Source of the DNA: Acidobacteriota bacterium
GTDB taxonomy: Bacteria; Acidobacteriota; Polarisedimenticolia; Gp22-AA2
NCBI GenBank assembly: GCA_041482595.1
Contig: JBGPED010000002.1
Location: 1 to 39,660, forward strand
DNA length: 39,660 bases
Direction of reading: 5' to 3'
In this document: piece by piece, positions 30,003 through 38,823 of the stretch
How positions within the stretch are numbered: the stretch's first letter is position 1
Layout: every line of letters starts with the position of its first letter
Notes under the pieces: model-generated
What the model saw: the letters and a program-made list of their open reading frames with translations, nothing else
Database searches by the model: none
Told to the model about the DNA's origin: nothing
Position numbers and translations under genes: made by a program

Positions 30003-30956
30003 TTGAGCCAGCGTGAAGCGCCCCGTCCCACCCTCCCGGTGGGTGACCTGCTCGCCGAGGCCCCGGCGGAGCTGACGCTCCGTCTCCTGGCCGGACGGAC
30101 GGGTCTGAAGCGCGACATCACCATCGCGGTCCCCGAAAGACCGGGGCTGGCTCTCACCGGACAGCCCGACACGCTCCAGGACGGCGCCGTCCAGGTCCTG
30201 GGGAAGAGCGAGGTGGTGTACCTGGGACGCATCCCGGACGAGCAGCGCCGTCTCCTGCTCGAACGCCTGGGGAGCTTGCCGGTACCGTGCCTTATCCTCA
30301 CGCATGCCGAGGCGGCCCATCCCGATCTTCTGGACGCGTCGGATCGCCTGGCGATCCCGCTCCTGTCGACACCGCGCACGACCGAACGGGCGATCGATCT
30401 TCTCGGGCGTTACCTCGAGGAGCGCCTGGCCCCGTCGGTGGCCCTGCACGGGACGCTCATCGATATCTACGGAGTGGGCGTGCTGATCCTGGGAGAGAGC
30501 GGCGTCGGCAAGAGCGAGTCCGCACTGGAGCTCATCCTCCGCGGGCACCGTCTGGTCTCCGACGACACGGCGACGATTCGCCGCGTCGGAACGCTCTTGA
30601 ACGGCACCGGTCCTGAGGTCAGCCGGTACCACATGGAGCTGCGAGGCATCGGGATCATCAACATCAAGGACCTTTACGGCGTGGCCGCGGTGCGCGAGCG
30701 GAAGGACCTCGACCTGGTGGTCCGGCTCGACCCGTGGCAGGAGGACAAGGAGTACGACCGCCTGGGCCTGGACGAGAAGAAGCACACGATCCTGGGAGTG
30801 GAGCTGCCCTTCATCGAAATGCCCGTCGGCCCGGGGCGCAACCTGTCCATCCTGCTGGAAGTGGCGGCGCGCCATCATCTGCTGAAGCGGAAGGGTTACC
30901 ATGCGGCCAAGGAGCTGGCGGCGCGGATCCACGACGCCCTGGGGAGGAAGACGTGA
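30003..30956 (+). CDS. hprK: HPr kinase/phosphorylase
   Basis: Walker A GESGVGKSE, LVSDD and ELRGIGIINI. I prefer TTG 30003 (GGAGGA 5 nt upstream, 317 aa). The track start TTG 29955 is the alternative. Confidence 0.9.
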   Translation: MSQREAPRPTLPVGDLLAEAPAELTLRLLAGRTGLKRDITIAVPERPGLALTGQPDTLQDGAVQVLGKSEVVYLGRIPDEQRRLLLERLGSLPVPCLILTHAEAAHPDLLDASDRLAIPLLSTPRTTERAIDLLGRYLEERLAPSVALHGTLIDIYGVGVLILGESGVGKSESALELILRGHRLVSDDTATIRRVGTLLNGTGPEVSRYHMELRGIGIINIKDLYGVAAVRERKDLDLVVRLDPWQEDKEYDRLGLDEKKHTILGVELPFIEMPVGPGRNLSILLEVAARHHLLKRKGYHAAKELAARIHDALGRKT

Positions 30957-31843
30957 GCGCGGCGGAGCCGGCCCCGGAGCGCGAGTTCGAGATCGTCGTG
31001 ATCACCGGGCTCTCCGGCTCCGGGAAGACTTTGGCCATCCGGGCCTTCGAGGACATGGGCTACTTCTGCGTCGACAACCTGCCCGTCGCCCTCATCCCCG
31101 TGTTCGCCGACCTGTGCGCCCGGCGGCCCGACCTGACACGCGCCGCCCTCGTGGTGGACGTGCGCGAGGGGACCTTCCTCAGGGAGTTCCCGGCCATCTT
31201 CGACGGCCTGCGCCGCACACCGGGACGCCGCGGTCGGCTGCTGTTTTTCGAGGCCGACGACGAGGCCCTGATGCGCCGGTTCTCCGAGACCCGCCGCCCC
31301 CATCCGCTCGCTTCGGGGGGCGGCCTCGAGGAGGGAATCCGGCGCGAGCGTGAGATGCTCCAGCCTCTGCGCGACCGGGCCGACCTGATCATCGACAGCA
31401 GCCGCTTCAACGTGCACGAGCTGAGGCGCTACATCCGCGACCACTTGGCCCCGCGCAGCGGGGATCAGCCGATGGGGATCTCGATCGTCTCGTTCGGTTA
31501 CAAGCGGGGCGTGCCCCCGGAGTCGGATCTCCTGTTCGACACGCGCTTCCTCCCGAATCCCTTCTTCGTGGACACGCTGCGCGGCAGGAGTGGTCTGGAC
31601 AGGGAGGTGGGCGATTACCTGGAGGCGATGCCCGAGTACCGCGAATTCCGCGAGCGCATCGTCGACCTGATGGCATTCCTGATCCCCCGATACCTGCGGG
31701 AGGGGAAGAGCTATCTGACCGTGGCGATCGGCTGCACCGGCGGCCGGCACCGCTCGGTCGCGATGGCCGAGGCGGTGAGCCAGGCTCTCCGCGCCAGGGG
31801 ATACGAGGTCAAGGCTTCGCACCGGGACCTGGAGAGGGAGTGA
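30953..31843 (+). CDS. rapZ: RNase adapter protein RapZ (YvcJ/YhbJ family P-loop protein)
   Basis: GTG 30953 overlaps the hprK stop (GTGA). GLSGSGKT, DNLP, FDTRFLPNP and IGCTGGRHRSV. Confidence 0.92.
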   Translation: MSAAEPAPEREFEIVVITGLSGSGKTLAIRAFEDMGYFCVDNLPVALIPVFADLCARRPDLTRAALVVDVREGTFLREFPAIFDGLRRTPGRRGRLLFFEADDEALMRRFSETRRPHPLASGGGLEEGIRREREMLQPLRDRADLIIDSSRFNVHELRRYIRDHLAPRSGDQPMGISIVSFGYKRGVPPESDLLFDTRFLPNPFFVDTLRGRSGLDREVGDYLEAMPEYREFRERIVDLMAFLIPRYLREGKSYLTVAIGCTGGRHRSVAMAEAVSQALRARGYEVKASHRDLERE

Positions 31844-32295
31844 TGACGATCGTCATCGAGGCGGCGGGAGAGGCGCGCTTCGGCGTGCTGGTGGTCACGC
31901 ACGGCGGGCTGGCCTTCGAGCTGGTGCGCGCCCTGGAGCGCATCGTCGGCAAGGTGGAGGGTCTGAAGGCCCTCACGATCGGCTGGGACGACGATCTGAC
32001 GCAGGCGCGCCGGGCCGTCGAGCAGGCGATCGCCGACGTCGACCCGGGCGGCGGCGTCCTGATCCTGACGGACATGTTCGGCGGGACCGCCACCAACGTC
32101 ACGCTGGCGTACCTGCGGGAGGGCGTCGAGATCGTCACGGGAGTGAACCTGCCGATGCTGATCAAGTACGCCAACATCCGGGACAAGTGCTCGCTCCAGG
32201 AGGCCGCAGCCCGGATCAAGGAGCAGGGCCAGCGATCGATCGCGATCGCGACGGAGTACCTGGGGTCGCCCGGTCGCGGGGGGACGAAGGAGTGA
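31840..32295 (+). CDS. PTS EIIA component, mannose/fructose family
   Basis: 151 aa. The VVTHGGLA phospho-His region and TDMFGGT. The start overlaps the rapZ stop (GTG 31840 or ATG 31843). Confidence 0.85.
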   Translation: MMTIVIEAAGEARFGVLVVTHGGLAFELVRALERIVGKVEGLKALTIGWDDDLTQARRAVEQAIADVDPGGGVLILTDMFGGTATNVTLAYLREGVEIVTGVNLPMLIKYANIRDKCSLQEAAARIKEQGQRSIAIATEYLGSPGRGGTKE

Positions 32296-32561
32296 TCCGC
32301 CGGGAGGCCGTCATCTCGAACGCGCTCGGGCTGCACGCGCGCGCGGCCGCGCGCTTCGTGCAGCTGGCCAGCCGCTTCAAGAGCCGCATCCAGATCGCGA
32401 ACGGGGGGCGGACGGCGGACGGCAAGTCGATCCTGGGTCTTCTGGCGCTGATCGGCAATGAGGGAACCCGTCTGACGATCAGCGCCGACGGTTCGGACGA
32501 GCAGGAGGCGCTGCGCCAGCTCGTCGATCTGGTCGAGGCGCGCTTCGGGGAGGAGGGGTGA
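32292..32561 (+). CDS. ptsH: Phosphocarrier protein HPr
   Basis: GTG 32292 overlaps the EIIA stop. 89 aa. His15 (GLHARAA) and Ser46 (GKSIL) fall at exactly canonical positions. Confidence 0.9.
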   Translation: MIRREAVISNALGLHARAAARFVQLASRFKSRIQIANGGRTADGKSILGLLALIGNEGTRLTISADGSDEQEALRQLVDLVEARFGEEG

Positions 32562-34357
32562 GGTCGTCCACCGGCGCGCCCGAGGGGTCGACGACGCTCC
32601 GGGGAACGGGCGTCTCGCCGGGCATCGCCATCGGCACAGCGCTCGTCCTGGAGGGCCCGAACGTCGCCATCTTCCGTCTGGGTGTGCCGGACGACGAGAC
32701 CGAGGGGGAGGTGCTCCGGTTCCAGCGCGCGGTACGGCGCGCCTGGCGGCAGCTCCGGCATCTGCGCGACCGGGTCCGCAGCGAGGCCGGCGAGCCGTAC
32801 GCGCGCGTCTTCGAGGCGCAGATCCTGATCCTGAAGGATCGGGCGCTCCTGCAGGAGACCGCCGCGCTCATCCGCCGCGAGCGTGTCAACGCCGAGTGGG
32901 CGTTCCACACCGTCGTCGGACGCTACACGCAGGTGTTCTCGCAGCTCGGCGACCAGGCGCTCCGGGACCGCGGCACCGACATCGAGGACGTGGGCGCGCG
33001 CGTCCAGGCGCTCCTCACGGGGAGCAAGAGACGGCACGATCTCTCCGAGCTGACGGAAGACGTCATTGTCGTGGGCGCGCAGCTGTCGCCCTCGGACGCG
33101 GCGGGCCTGAACCGGGAGCACGTCATCGGCCTGGCGATCGACGGCGGCGGCCCGACCTCGCACACGGCGATCATCGCGAGCGCCCTCGGAATCCCGGCCG
33201 TGGCCGGGCTGCGCGACGCCAGCTCCCGGATGCAGAGCGGTGACCTCCTGGTCCTGGACGGCACGGACGGCGTGGTCCTGCAGAACCCGTCGGAGGAGGA
33301 GACCGTCGTCTGGCGCGAGCGCCGGGCGCAGCGGGCGCAGCGCGAAGTGGACCTGATGGCGCTGCGGGATCTCCCGGCGGTGACGCGGGAGGGGCTGCGC
33401 GTCAGACTCCTGGCGAACATCGAACTGCCGGAGGAGATGCTCGCGGCGCGGCGCTTCGGCGCCGAGGGGGTCGGTCTGTACCGCTCGGAGTTCCTGTACC
33501 TGCGCGAGGCCCCGGGGCTGCCGGGAGAGGAGGAGCACTACCGCACGTACCGCGAACTGGCCGAGAAGGCCCTGCCGAACGAGGTCGTGATCCGAACCCT
33601 CGACCTTGGAGGTGAGAAATACTCCTCCACTATCCTCGAGAGGCACGAGAGCAATCCCGTCCTCGGGCTGCGCGGCATCAGGCTGTGCCTGAAGCACGAA
33701 GACCTGTTCCGCGCCCAGCTTCGCGGCATCTTCCGGGCCGCGGCGCATGGCAAGGTGCGCGTGATGTTTCCGATGGTGAGCGGCATGGGCGAATACCTGA
33801 AAGCCCGGTCCATCGTGGACGAGGTGCGGCGCGACCTCCTGGGGCAGCGGATCCCGTGCGATCCCGACGTGCCGGTGGGGGTGATGATCGAAGTCCCGGC
33901 GGCGGCCCTCATCGCCGACCGGCTGGCCGAGAAGGTCGATTTCTTCTCCATCGGCACGAACGATCTGATCCAGTACGCCCTGGCGATCGACCGGGGGAAC
34001 GAGTCGGTGTCGTACCTCTACCAGCCGCTGCACCCGGCGATCCTGCGTCTCCTGCGCGGGGTGGTGGATGCGGCCGCACGGCGCGGCCTGCGGCTGTCGG
34101 TGTGCGGGGAGATGGCGGCGCGCCCGGCGGCGGCCGTCATCCTGATCGGACTGGGGATCACCGAGCTGAGCATGAACCCCGCCGCGATCCCGTCCGTCAA
34201 GCAGACGATCCGCGCGCTGGGCCTGAACGAGGCGCGTGGCCTGGTGGAGGAGGCGATGAGGCTCGATTCGGCCGAGGCGATCGAGGAGCTGGTGCGGAGG
34301 AGGATCCAGGACCTCGTGCCGAAGGACCCCCGCCCCGTGCTGGAGGTGAGACCATGA
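32558..34357 (+). CDS. ptsI: Phosphoenolpyruvate-protein phosphotransferase (PTS enzyme I)
   Basis: 599 aa. Phospho-His GGPTSHTAIIA, FFSIGTNDLIQY and CGEMA. GTG overlaps the ptsH stop. Confidence 0.93.
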   Translation: MRSSTGAPEGSTTLRGTGVSPGIAIGTALVLEGPNVAIFRLGVPDDETEGEVLRFQRAVRRAWRQLRHLRDRVRSEAGEPYARVFEAQILILKDRALLQETAALIRRERVNAEWAFHTVVGRYTQVFSQLGDQALRDRGTDIEDVGARVQALLTGSKRRHDLSELTEDVIVVGAQLSPSDAAGLNREHVIGLAIDGGGPTSHTAIIASALGIPAVAGLRDASSRMQSGDLLVLDGTDGVVLQNPSEEETVVWRERRAQRAQREVDLMALRDLPAVTREGLRVRLLANIELPEEMLAARRFGAEGVGLYRSEFLYLREAPGLPGEEEHYRTYRELAEKALPNEVVIRTLDLGGEKYSSTILERHESNPVLGLRGIRLCLKHEDLFRAQLRGIFRAAAHGKVRVMFPMVSGMGEYLKARSIVDEVRRDLLGQRIPCDPDVPVGVMIEVPAAALIADRLAEKVDFFSIGTNDLIQYALAIDRGNESVSYLYQPLHPAILRLLRGVVDAAARRGLRLSVCGEMAARPAAAVILIGLGITELSMNPAAIPSVKQTIRALGLNEARGLVEEAMRLDSAEAIEELVRRRIQDLVPKDPRPVLEVRP

Positions 34358-34701
34358 GCGTGACCCGCGTTCCGAAGCCGTGGGGCGAGGAGCTCCTGTT
34401 CGCCCGCACGGCGCGCTACGCCGGGAAAATCCTGCGCATCCGCGCGGGCGAATCGCTGAGCCTGCAGTACCACGAGCGCAAGGACGAGACCATCTACCTG
34501 TACCAGGGACGACTCCGGCTCCTGCTTCCGGACGACGCCGATCCCCGCGCGCAGAGGATGCTCGCCGAAGGGGAGTCGGTGCACCTGCCTCCAGGGACGC
34601 GCCACCGCCTGGAGGCCCTGACCGATTGCGTCGTCTTCGAAGTGAGCACGCCCGAGCTGGACGATGTCGTCAGGCTCGAGGACCGTTACGGGCGGGCCTA
34701 G
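34354..34701 (+). CDS. Small cupin protein (type II phosphomannose-isomerase-like cupin)
   Basis: ATG 34354 overlaps the ptsI stop (ATGA). 115 aa. KPWGEE..., GESLSLQYHERKDETIYL and PPGTRHRLEA are cupin motifs 1 and 2. Confidence 0.75.
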   Translation: MSVTRVPKPWGEELLFARTARYAGKILRIRAGESLSLQYHERKDETIYLYQGRLRLLLPDDADPRAQRMLAEGESVHLPPGTRHRLEALTDCVVFEVSTPELDDVVRLEDRYGRA

Positions 34702-34773
34702 GATGATGTCGAAGGCGCCCGGACGCGCGCGGGGAGAGCGCGGCTCCGGATACGAACTTTGTGGGCCTGCGCG

Positions 34774-34822
34774 CCCGGATTTCGTGGGAGAATCCGGGAC
34801 GCCGGGGCGAAGCATCCGCCCC
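34774..34822 (+). terminator. Two tandem hairpins after the PTS/cupin operon, in the merR leader
   Basis: CCCGGATT-9 nt-AATCCGGG (34774-34798, 8 bp) followed by GGGGCG-7 nt-CGCCCC (34804-34822, 6 bp). No U-tract, so function is uncertain. Confidence 0.3.
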
Positions 34823-34837
34823 ACCGGGGTCCAGACC

Positions 34838-35254
34838 ATGTCGGACGGCACGCCGCGCAAGACGTTCTACAAGATCGGGGAGGTCTGCCAGATCACCGAC
34901 ACGCAGCCTTACGTGCTGCGCTTCTGGGAATCGGAATTCCCGCAGCTCGCCCCGAAGAAGAGCCGCAGCGGACAGCGGCTCTACCGCCAGAAGGATCTCG
35001 ATCTGGTGCGGCAGATCAAGCGTCTCCTCTATGACGAAGGGTTCACGATCGCCGGCGCCCGCAAGAAACTGGGCATGGGGGAGGGCCAGGGCGCCCTCGA
35101 CGATCTGTTCGAGCGCGTGCCGGCCGACGAGCCGCAGCGAATGCCCGACCCGTCGCGCCCCCTCGGCTCGGTCCTGTCGTCGGTGACCGAGCGGCTCGAG
35201 GACATCCTCAAGGTCATGGACGAAACCGATCGCCGGTTGCGGGGAAAGAAGTGA
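34838..35254 (+). CDS. MerR-family transcriptional regulator
   Basis: ATG 34838. 138 aa. N-terminal winged HTH FYKIGEVCQITDTQPYVLRFWESEF...RSGQRLYRQKDL. Confidence 0.85.
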   Translation: MSDGTPRKTFYKIGEVCQITDTQPYVLRFWESEFPQLAPKKSRSGQRLYRQKDLDLVRQIKRLLYDEGFTIAGARKKLGMGEGQGALDDLFERVPADEPQRMPDPSRPLGSVLSSVTERLEDILKVMDETDRRLRGKK

Positions 35255-36129
35255 GGCGCGGCGGGACCGCCGCTTCGTGCGCGGTCCTGGCGGTCTTCTC
35301 CATGCCCCTGGCGGCGCCGGCCCCCCCGCCGTTCTTCGATCCCACCCGTTCCGACCCGCGGGCCATCGTCATCGCCGACCTGGTGATGGCGGCGCTCGGG
35401 GGGCGCCAGGCCTGGGAGCAGACGCGGTTCGTCTACTTCGCCTTCGCCGTGGAGCGCGACGGCAAGAGGGTGGCCTACCGGACGCATCTGTGGGACCGCT
35501 GGGAGGGTCGCCTGCGATACGAGACGCGCGGGAAGGATGGCGCGCCGTGCGTCGTCCTCCTCAACGTTGACACGCGCCAGGGAGACGCCTACAGGCTGCC
35601 CGCGGAGGCCCCCGCCGCCCGCGGGGCGCCGGCGGCGCCATCGAAGGTGGATGCGGCGACCGCCAAACCGCTCGTGGACGAGGCGTACGAGGCCTGGATC
35701 AACGACACCTACTGGCTCCTGATGCCCTACAAGATGAAGGATCCGGGAGTGCACCTGCGCTATGCGGGAGAGGAGACGCGCGACGGCGAGGAGTACGACC
35801 TGGTCGAGCTGACGTTCGAGGACGTCGGGCTGACGCCGCGCGACCTCTACCAGGCGCACGTCAATCGCCGGACGCACCTCATGGATCGGTGGTCGTACAT
35901 CCTGCAGGACGACCCGCCCGGCAGCCAGCCGACGGTGTGGGACTGGAAGGGATGGACCCGCCGCGGCCGGATCCTGCTCTGCCCGGAGAAAATCTCGACG
36001 CGCAAGGGCGCGACCCTCCGGATCCTCCATCCGATCATGGAGGTCTACGACACTCTCCCCGGCGCGTATTTCACGACCCCCGACCCGCTTCCCGGCGGCC
36101 TGGGGGAGCGGCCGCAGCCTGCCGGCTGA
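35251..36129 (+). CDS. Hypothetical secreted protein
   Basis: 292 aa. GTG overlaps the merR stop (GTGA). Signal-like N-terminus (ASCAVLAVFSMPLAAPA). Codon usage matches the neighbours. I recognise no family. Confidence 0.6.
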   Translation: MRRGGTAASCAVLAVFSMPLAAPAPPPFFDPTRSDPRAIVIADLVMAALGGRQAWEQTRFVYFAFAVERDGKRVAYRTHLWDRWEGRLRYETRGKDGAPCVVLLNVDTRQGDAYRLPAEAPAARGAPAAPSKVDAATAKPLVDEAYEAWINDTYWLLMPYKMKDPGVHLRYAGEETRDGEEYDLVELTFEDVGLTPRDLYQAHVNRRTHLMDRWSYILQDDPPGSQPTVWDWKGWTRRGRILLCPEKISTRKGATLRILHPIMEVYDTLPGAYFTTPDPLPGGLGERPQPAG

Positions 36130-36143
36130 ATTCCCGGGAGCCC

Positions 36144-36159
36144 GTCCGGATGCCCGGAC
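36144..36159. terminator. Hairpin between convergent genes
   Basis: GTCCGG-ATGC-CCGGAC perfect 6-bp stem. It lies between the stop at 36129 (+) and the kbl stop at 36166 (-). Confidence 0.35.
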
Positions 36160-36165
36160 ACGCTC

Positions 36166-37353
36166 CTAGATCACGCCGAGATTCCGGCCGACCTCCGCGA
36201 AGACGCCGAGCGCCTCCTCCAGGTCGGCCCTCGTGTGGGTGGCCATGACGATGGTGCGCACGCGCGACTTCTCCTCGGCGACCATCGGGAAAAAGATCCC
36301 CTGGGCGAACACGCCACGCTCGAACAGCTCGTCGGAGAAACGGGCCGCCTTCGCCCCCGAGCCGATGATCACCGGCGTGATCGGCGTGACCGAAGAGCCG
36401 GTGTTGAAGCCGAGCCGCCGGAGCCCGTCCTTGAAGAAGCGGGTGTTGTCCCACAATCGCGCGTGCAGGTCCGTCTCGGTCTCCATCACGTCGACCGCCG
36501 CGATGCAGGCCGCGATGACGGCCGGGGGATGCGAGGACGAAAACAGGAACGGCCGCGCCTTGTGGACGTAGAACTCGACCAGGGGGCGCGGGCAGCAGAC
36601 GTAGCCGCCCATCGCACCGAACGCCTTGGACATCGTGCCGATCTGGATGTCCCAGTCGTCCTTCAGCCCGAAGTGGTCTACGGTGCCCCGCCCGTTCGTC
36701 CCCATGACCCCGGTGGCGTGCGCGTCGTCGACCATGGGGATGGCGTCGAACTCGCGGCACAGGGTTCGGATCGCCCTGAGATCCGAGACGTCCCCGTCCA
36801 TCGAAAAGACGCCGTCGGCCACGACCAGGATCTTGCCGGTCGTCTTCCGGCGGGCGGCCCCGAGGATCTGCCGTAGGTCGTCGTAATCGAGGTGGCGGTA
36901 GATCGCCCTGTCCGCCTTGCACAGCCGGCAGCCGTCGATGATGCTGGCGTGGTTCAGCTCGTCCGAGACGATGAGATCGCCTTCCTGCATCAGCGTGGAC
37001 ACCACGCCGACGTTCGCGGTGTACCCGGACTGGAAGACGAGGGCCGCCTCGGTTGACTTGAACCGTGCCAGACGCGTCTCGAGCTCCAGGTGCAGGGACA
37101 TCGTGCCCGCGATGGTGCGCACGGCACCGGGCCCCGCACCGAACTCCTCGATCGCGCGGCGCGCCGCGGCCACGACCTTCGGGTGCGTGGTCAGGCCCAG
37201 GTAGTTGTTGGAGGAAAGCTGGATGATGTCGCGTCCGTCCATGCGCACCCGCGCCCCGGCGGCGCTCTGAAGCACGCGGGGCATCCGGAAAATGCCCTTG
37301 GATTTGAGGGTGTGGATCTCGCCTTCGAGATACGCCTCGAGCCGTGGGTTCAT
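36166..37353 (-). CDS. kbl: Glycine C-acetyltransferase (2-amino-3-ketobutyrate CoA ligase)
   Basis: ATG 37353. 395 aa. N-terminus MNPRLEAYLEGEI, then SNNYLGL, DDAHATG and the GTMSKA PLP-lysine motif. The rest of track ORF 36166..38457 is read-through across tdh in another frame. Confidence 0.93.
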   Translation of the reverse strand: MNPRLEAYLEGEIHTLKSKGIFRMPRVLQSAAGARVRMDGRDIIQLSSNNYLGLTTHPKVVAAARRAIEEFGAGPGAVRTIAGTMSLHLELETRLARFKSTEAALVFQSGYTANVGVVSTLMQEGDLIVSDELNHASIIDGCRLCKADRAIYRHLDYDDLRQILGAARRKTTGKILVVADGVFSMDGDVSDLRAIRTLCREFDAIPMVDDAHATGVMGTNGRGTVDHFGLKDDWDIQIGTMSKAFGAMGGYVCCPRPLVEFYVHKARPFLFSSSHPPAVIAACIAAVDVMETETDLHARLWDNTRFFKDGLRRLGFNTGSSVTPITPVIIGSGAKAARFSDELFERGVFAQGIFFPMVAEEKSRVRTIVMATHTRADLEEALGVFAEVGRNLGVI

Positions 37354-37361
37354 GATCGACC

Positions 37362-38501
37362 TCAGTCCTGGTCCATGCGCAGGACCACCTTGCCGCTCTC
37401 TCGCGCGATCATCTTCTGAAACGCCTCCTCGTAGCGCGCGAACGGGACGCTGTGCGTGATGACGGTACGGATTTTCGCGCGCACGTCCGGCCGCGACACC
37501 AGCTCCCGCGTGCGCTTCCAGGTATCGTAGAGCTTCCGGCCGATGATCCCCTTGAGGGTGACGCCCCCGAAGATCACGTCCTCTGCGTAGCGCTCGAAGG
37601 TGATCGCCGACTCCTTGGGGAGGCCGAACAGGATGACTTTGCCGCCCCGGCGCACGGCGCGCAGCGCCGTGTCGATGGCGTCCGGGTGGCCGCTCATCTC
37701 GAAAACGAGGTCCGCCTCGTACGGCGAGGCCGCCTCGTGGATCAGGCCGACGATCCGCTCGCGCTCGTGCGCCCGCGCCCCGGCGTCGCCCGCCGGAGCG
37801 GGGGTCGACCGGAGCGTCGCGTGGGCCCCGACGCGCGACGCCAGGTCGAGCCGGAAGGGGGTCGTGTCGATCGCGACGATGCGCGCCGCGCCGAAGGCGG
37901 CCGCGACGATGATCGTGAACAGGCCGATCGGCCCGGAGCCGACGATCACGACGCATTGCCCGTGCGGATCGTACTCGGTGGCCGCGTGCACGGCATTGCC
38001 GAACGGCTCCTCGACGCAGGCCACCTCCACGGGGACCACGGCGGGGTCGTTGATCCAGGCGCAGGAGGCCGGGAGGGCGATGTACTCGGCGAAGCCGCCG
38101 TCGCGGTGCACGCCGAGGATCCTTTCCCGCGTGCAGACGTGGAACTGTCCGCGGCGGCACTGGTAGCACTCTCCGCACACGATATGCGACTCGGCGGAGA
38201 CGAGGTCGCCCACCCGGATCGGCTCGGAGGCGTGCTCGCCGACCCCCCGGACGTCGCGTCCGACCTCCACGACCTCGCCGCAGAACTCGTGCCCGATGAT
38301 GCGCGGGCGGCGGAGCTGATCGGTCGTGGCGAGGATCATGTCGCGCACGGAGCCGTCCCAGTTGTAGATGTGCGCGTCCGTGCCGCACAGCGAAGCAGCG
38401 CGCACCCGCAGCAGGACTTCCGAAGGGCCGCAGGGCGGGACGTCGACGTCGGCCCATTCCAAGGCGCCGGGCCGGGGCGCCATCTTGCGTATCGCTTTCA
38501 T
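37362..38501 (-). CDS. tdh: L-threonine 3-dehydrogenase
   Basis: ATG 38501. 379 aa. Zn-ADH motifs CGTDAHIY, GHEFCGEVVEVG, CGECYQCRRG and the GSGPIG Rossmann motif. The stop is 8 nt before the kbl start (tdh-kbl operon). Confidence 0.92.
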   Translation of the reverse strand: MKAIRKMAPRPGALEWADVDVPPCGPSEVLLRVRAASLCGTDAHIYNWDGSVRDMILATTDQLRRPRIIGHEFCGEVVEVGRDVRGVGEHASEPIRVGDLVSAESHIVCGECYQCRRGQFHVCTRERILGVHRDGGFAEYIALPASCAWINDPAVVPVEVACVEEPFGNAVHAATEYDPHGQCVVIVGSGPIGLFTIIVAAAFGAARIVAIDTTPFRLDLASRVGAHATLRSTPAPAGDAGARAHERERIVGLIHEAASPYEADLVFEMSGHPDAIDTALRAVRRGGKVILFGLPKESAITFERYAEDVIFGGVTLKGIIGRKLYDTWKRTRELVSRPDVRAKIRTVITHSVPFARYEEAFQKMIARESGKVVLRMDQD

Positions 38502-38556
38502 TCTCGTCCCAGGAGATTCCGCGGATGAAACGCGGAAGCGACTCATACGGAAGTGG

Positions 38557-38586
38557 ATTATATCGGCAGCGTCACGGGTGTAGCAA
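38557..38586 (-). promoter_or_regulatory. Sigma70-type promoter candidate for tdh-kbl
   Basis: On the minus strand: TTGCTA (38586-81), 18-nt spacer, TATAAT (38562-57). It is about 55 nt upstream of ATG 38501. Confidence 0.4.
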
Positions 38587-38611
38587 CCGCGGCCGCCGGG
38601 CGAGCGCGCGC

Positions 38612-38641
38612 TTGACGCGCTCGCGCCGCAACACCTAGAAT
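38612..38641 (+). promoter_or_regulatory. Sigma70-type promoter candidate for the tRNA-Pro gene
   Basis: TTGACG (38612-17), 18-nt spacer, TAGAAT (38636-41). It is about 58 nt upstream of the tRNA 5' end. The -35 is embedded in a 9-bp inverted repeat, GCGAGCGCG / CGCGCTCGC (38600-38624). Confidence 0.45.
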
Positions 38642-38699
38642 GGCGACTCTTTTTGGGCGTCGTTCCGGGCGGACGTGACGGACGGCCCAGCGGACATTT

Positions 38700-38739
38700 C
38701 GGGGCGTAGCGCAGCCTGGTAGCGCACCTGCTTGGGGTG
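38700..38739 (+). pseudogene. 5' half of tRNA-Pro(GGG), truncated after the anticodon loop
   Basis: CGGGGCG-TA-GCGC-AGCCTGGTA-GCGC-A-CCTGC-TTGGGGT gives the acceptor 5' arm, a complete D-arm, the anticodon stem 5' arm and a 7-nt loop with anticodon GGG. The expected GCAGG stem complement, T-arm (TTCGAATCC-like) and CGCCCCG acceptor 3' arm are absent from the rest of the window. Confidence 0.7.
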
Positions 38740-38767
38740 TCGCTCGAAAGCCGCACCCACCAAGGAC

Positions 38768-38823
38768 TACAGGGCAATCGGAACAATAGTTACAGGGATT
38801 CAGACCCCGTTAGTGTTGCAGGG
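38768..38823 (+). repeat. Three direct copies of a T(A/G)CAGGG heptamer
   Basis: TACAGGG at 38768-74 and 38791-97, and TGCAGGG at 38817-23 (spacing 23 and 26 nt). GGGCAAT also recurs at 38772-78 and 38841-47. The repeats lie in the lower-GC stretch just after the tRNA break. Confidence 0.35.

Noticed and set aside
36166-38457. A 763-aa ORF suggesting a large fusion protein upstream of kbl.
   Set aside because: Only the C-terminal 395 aa (from ATG 37353) are Kbl. The upstream part runs through tdh in a different frame. tdh ends at 37362, 8 nt before the kbl start.
38600-38624. A 9-bp inverted repeat GCGAGCGCG / CGCGCTCGC between tdh and the tRNA, considered as a terminator or operator.
   Set aside because: It lies upstream of both divergent units, so it terminates nothing. 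GC-only palindromes of this size are frequent in DNA this GC-rich. It is noted only because it overlaps the putative -35.
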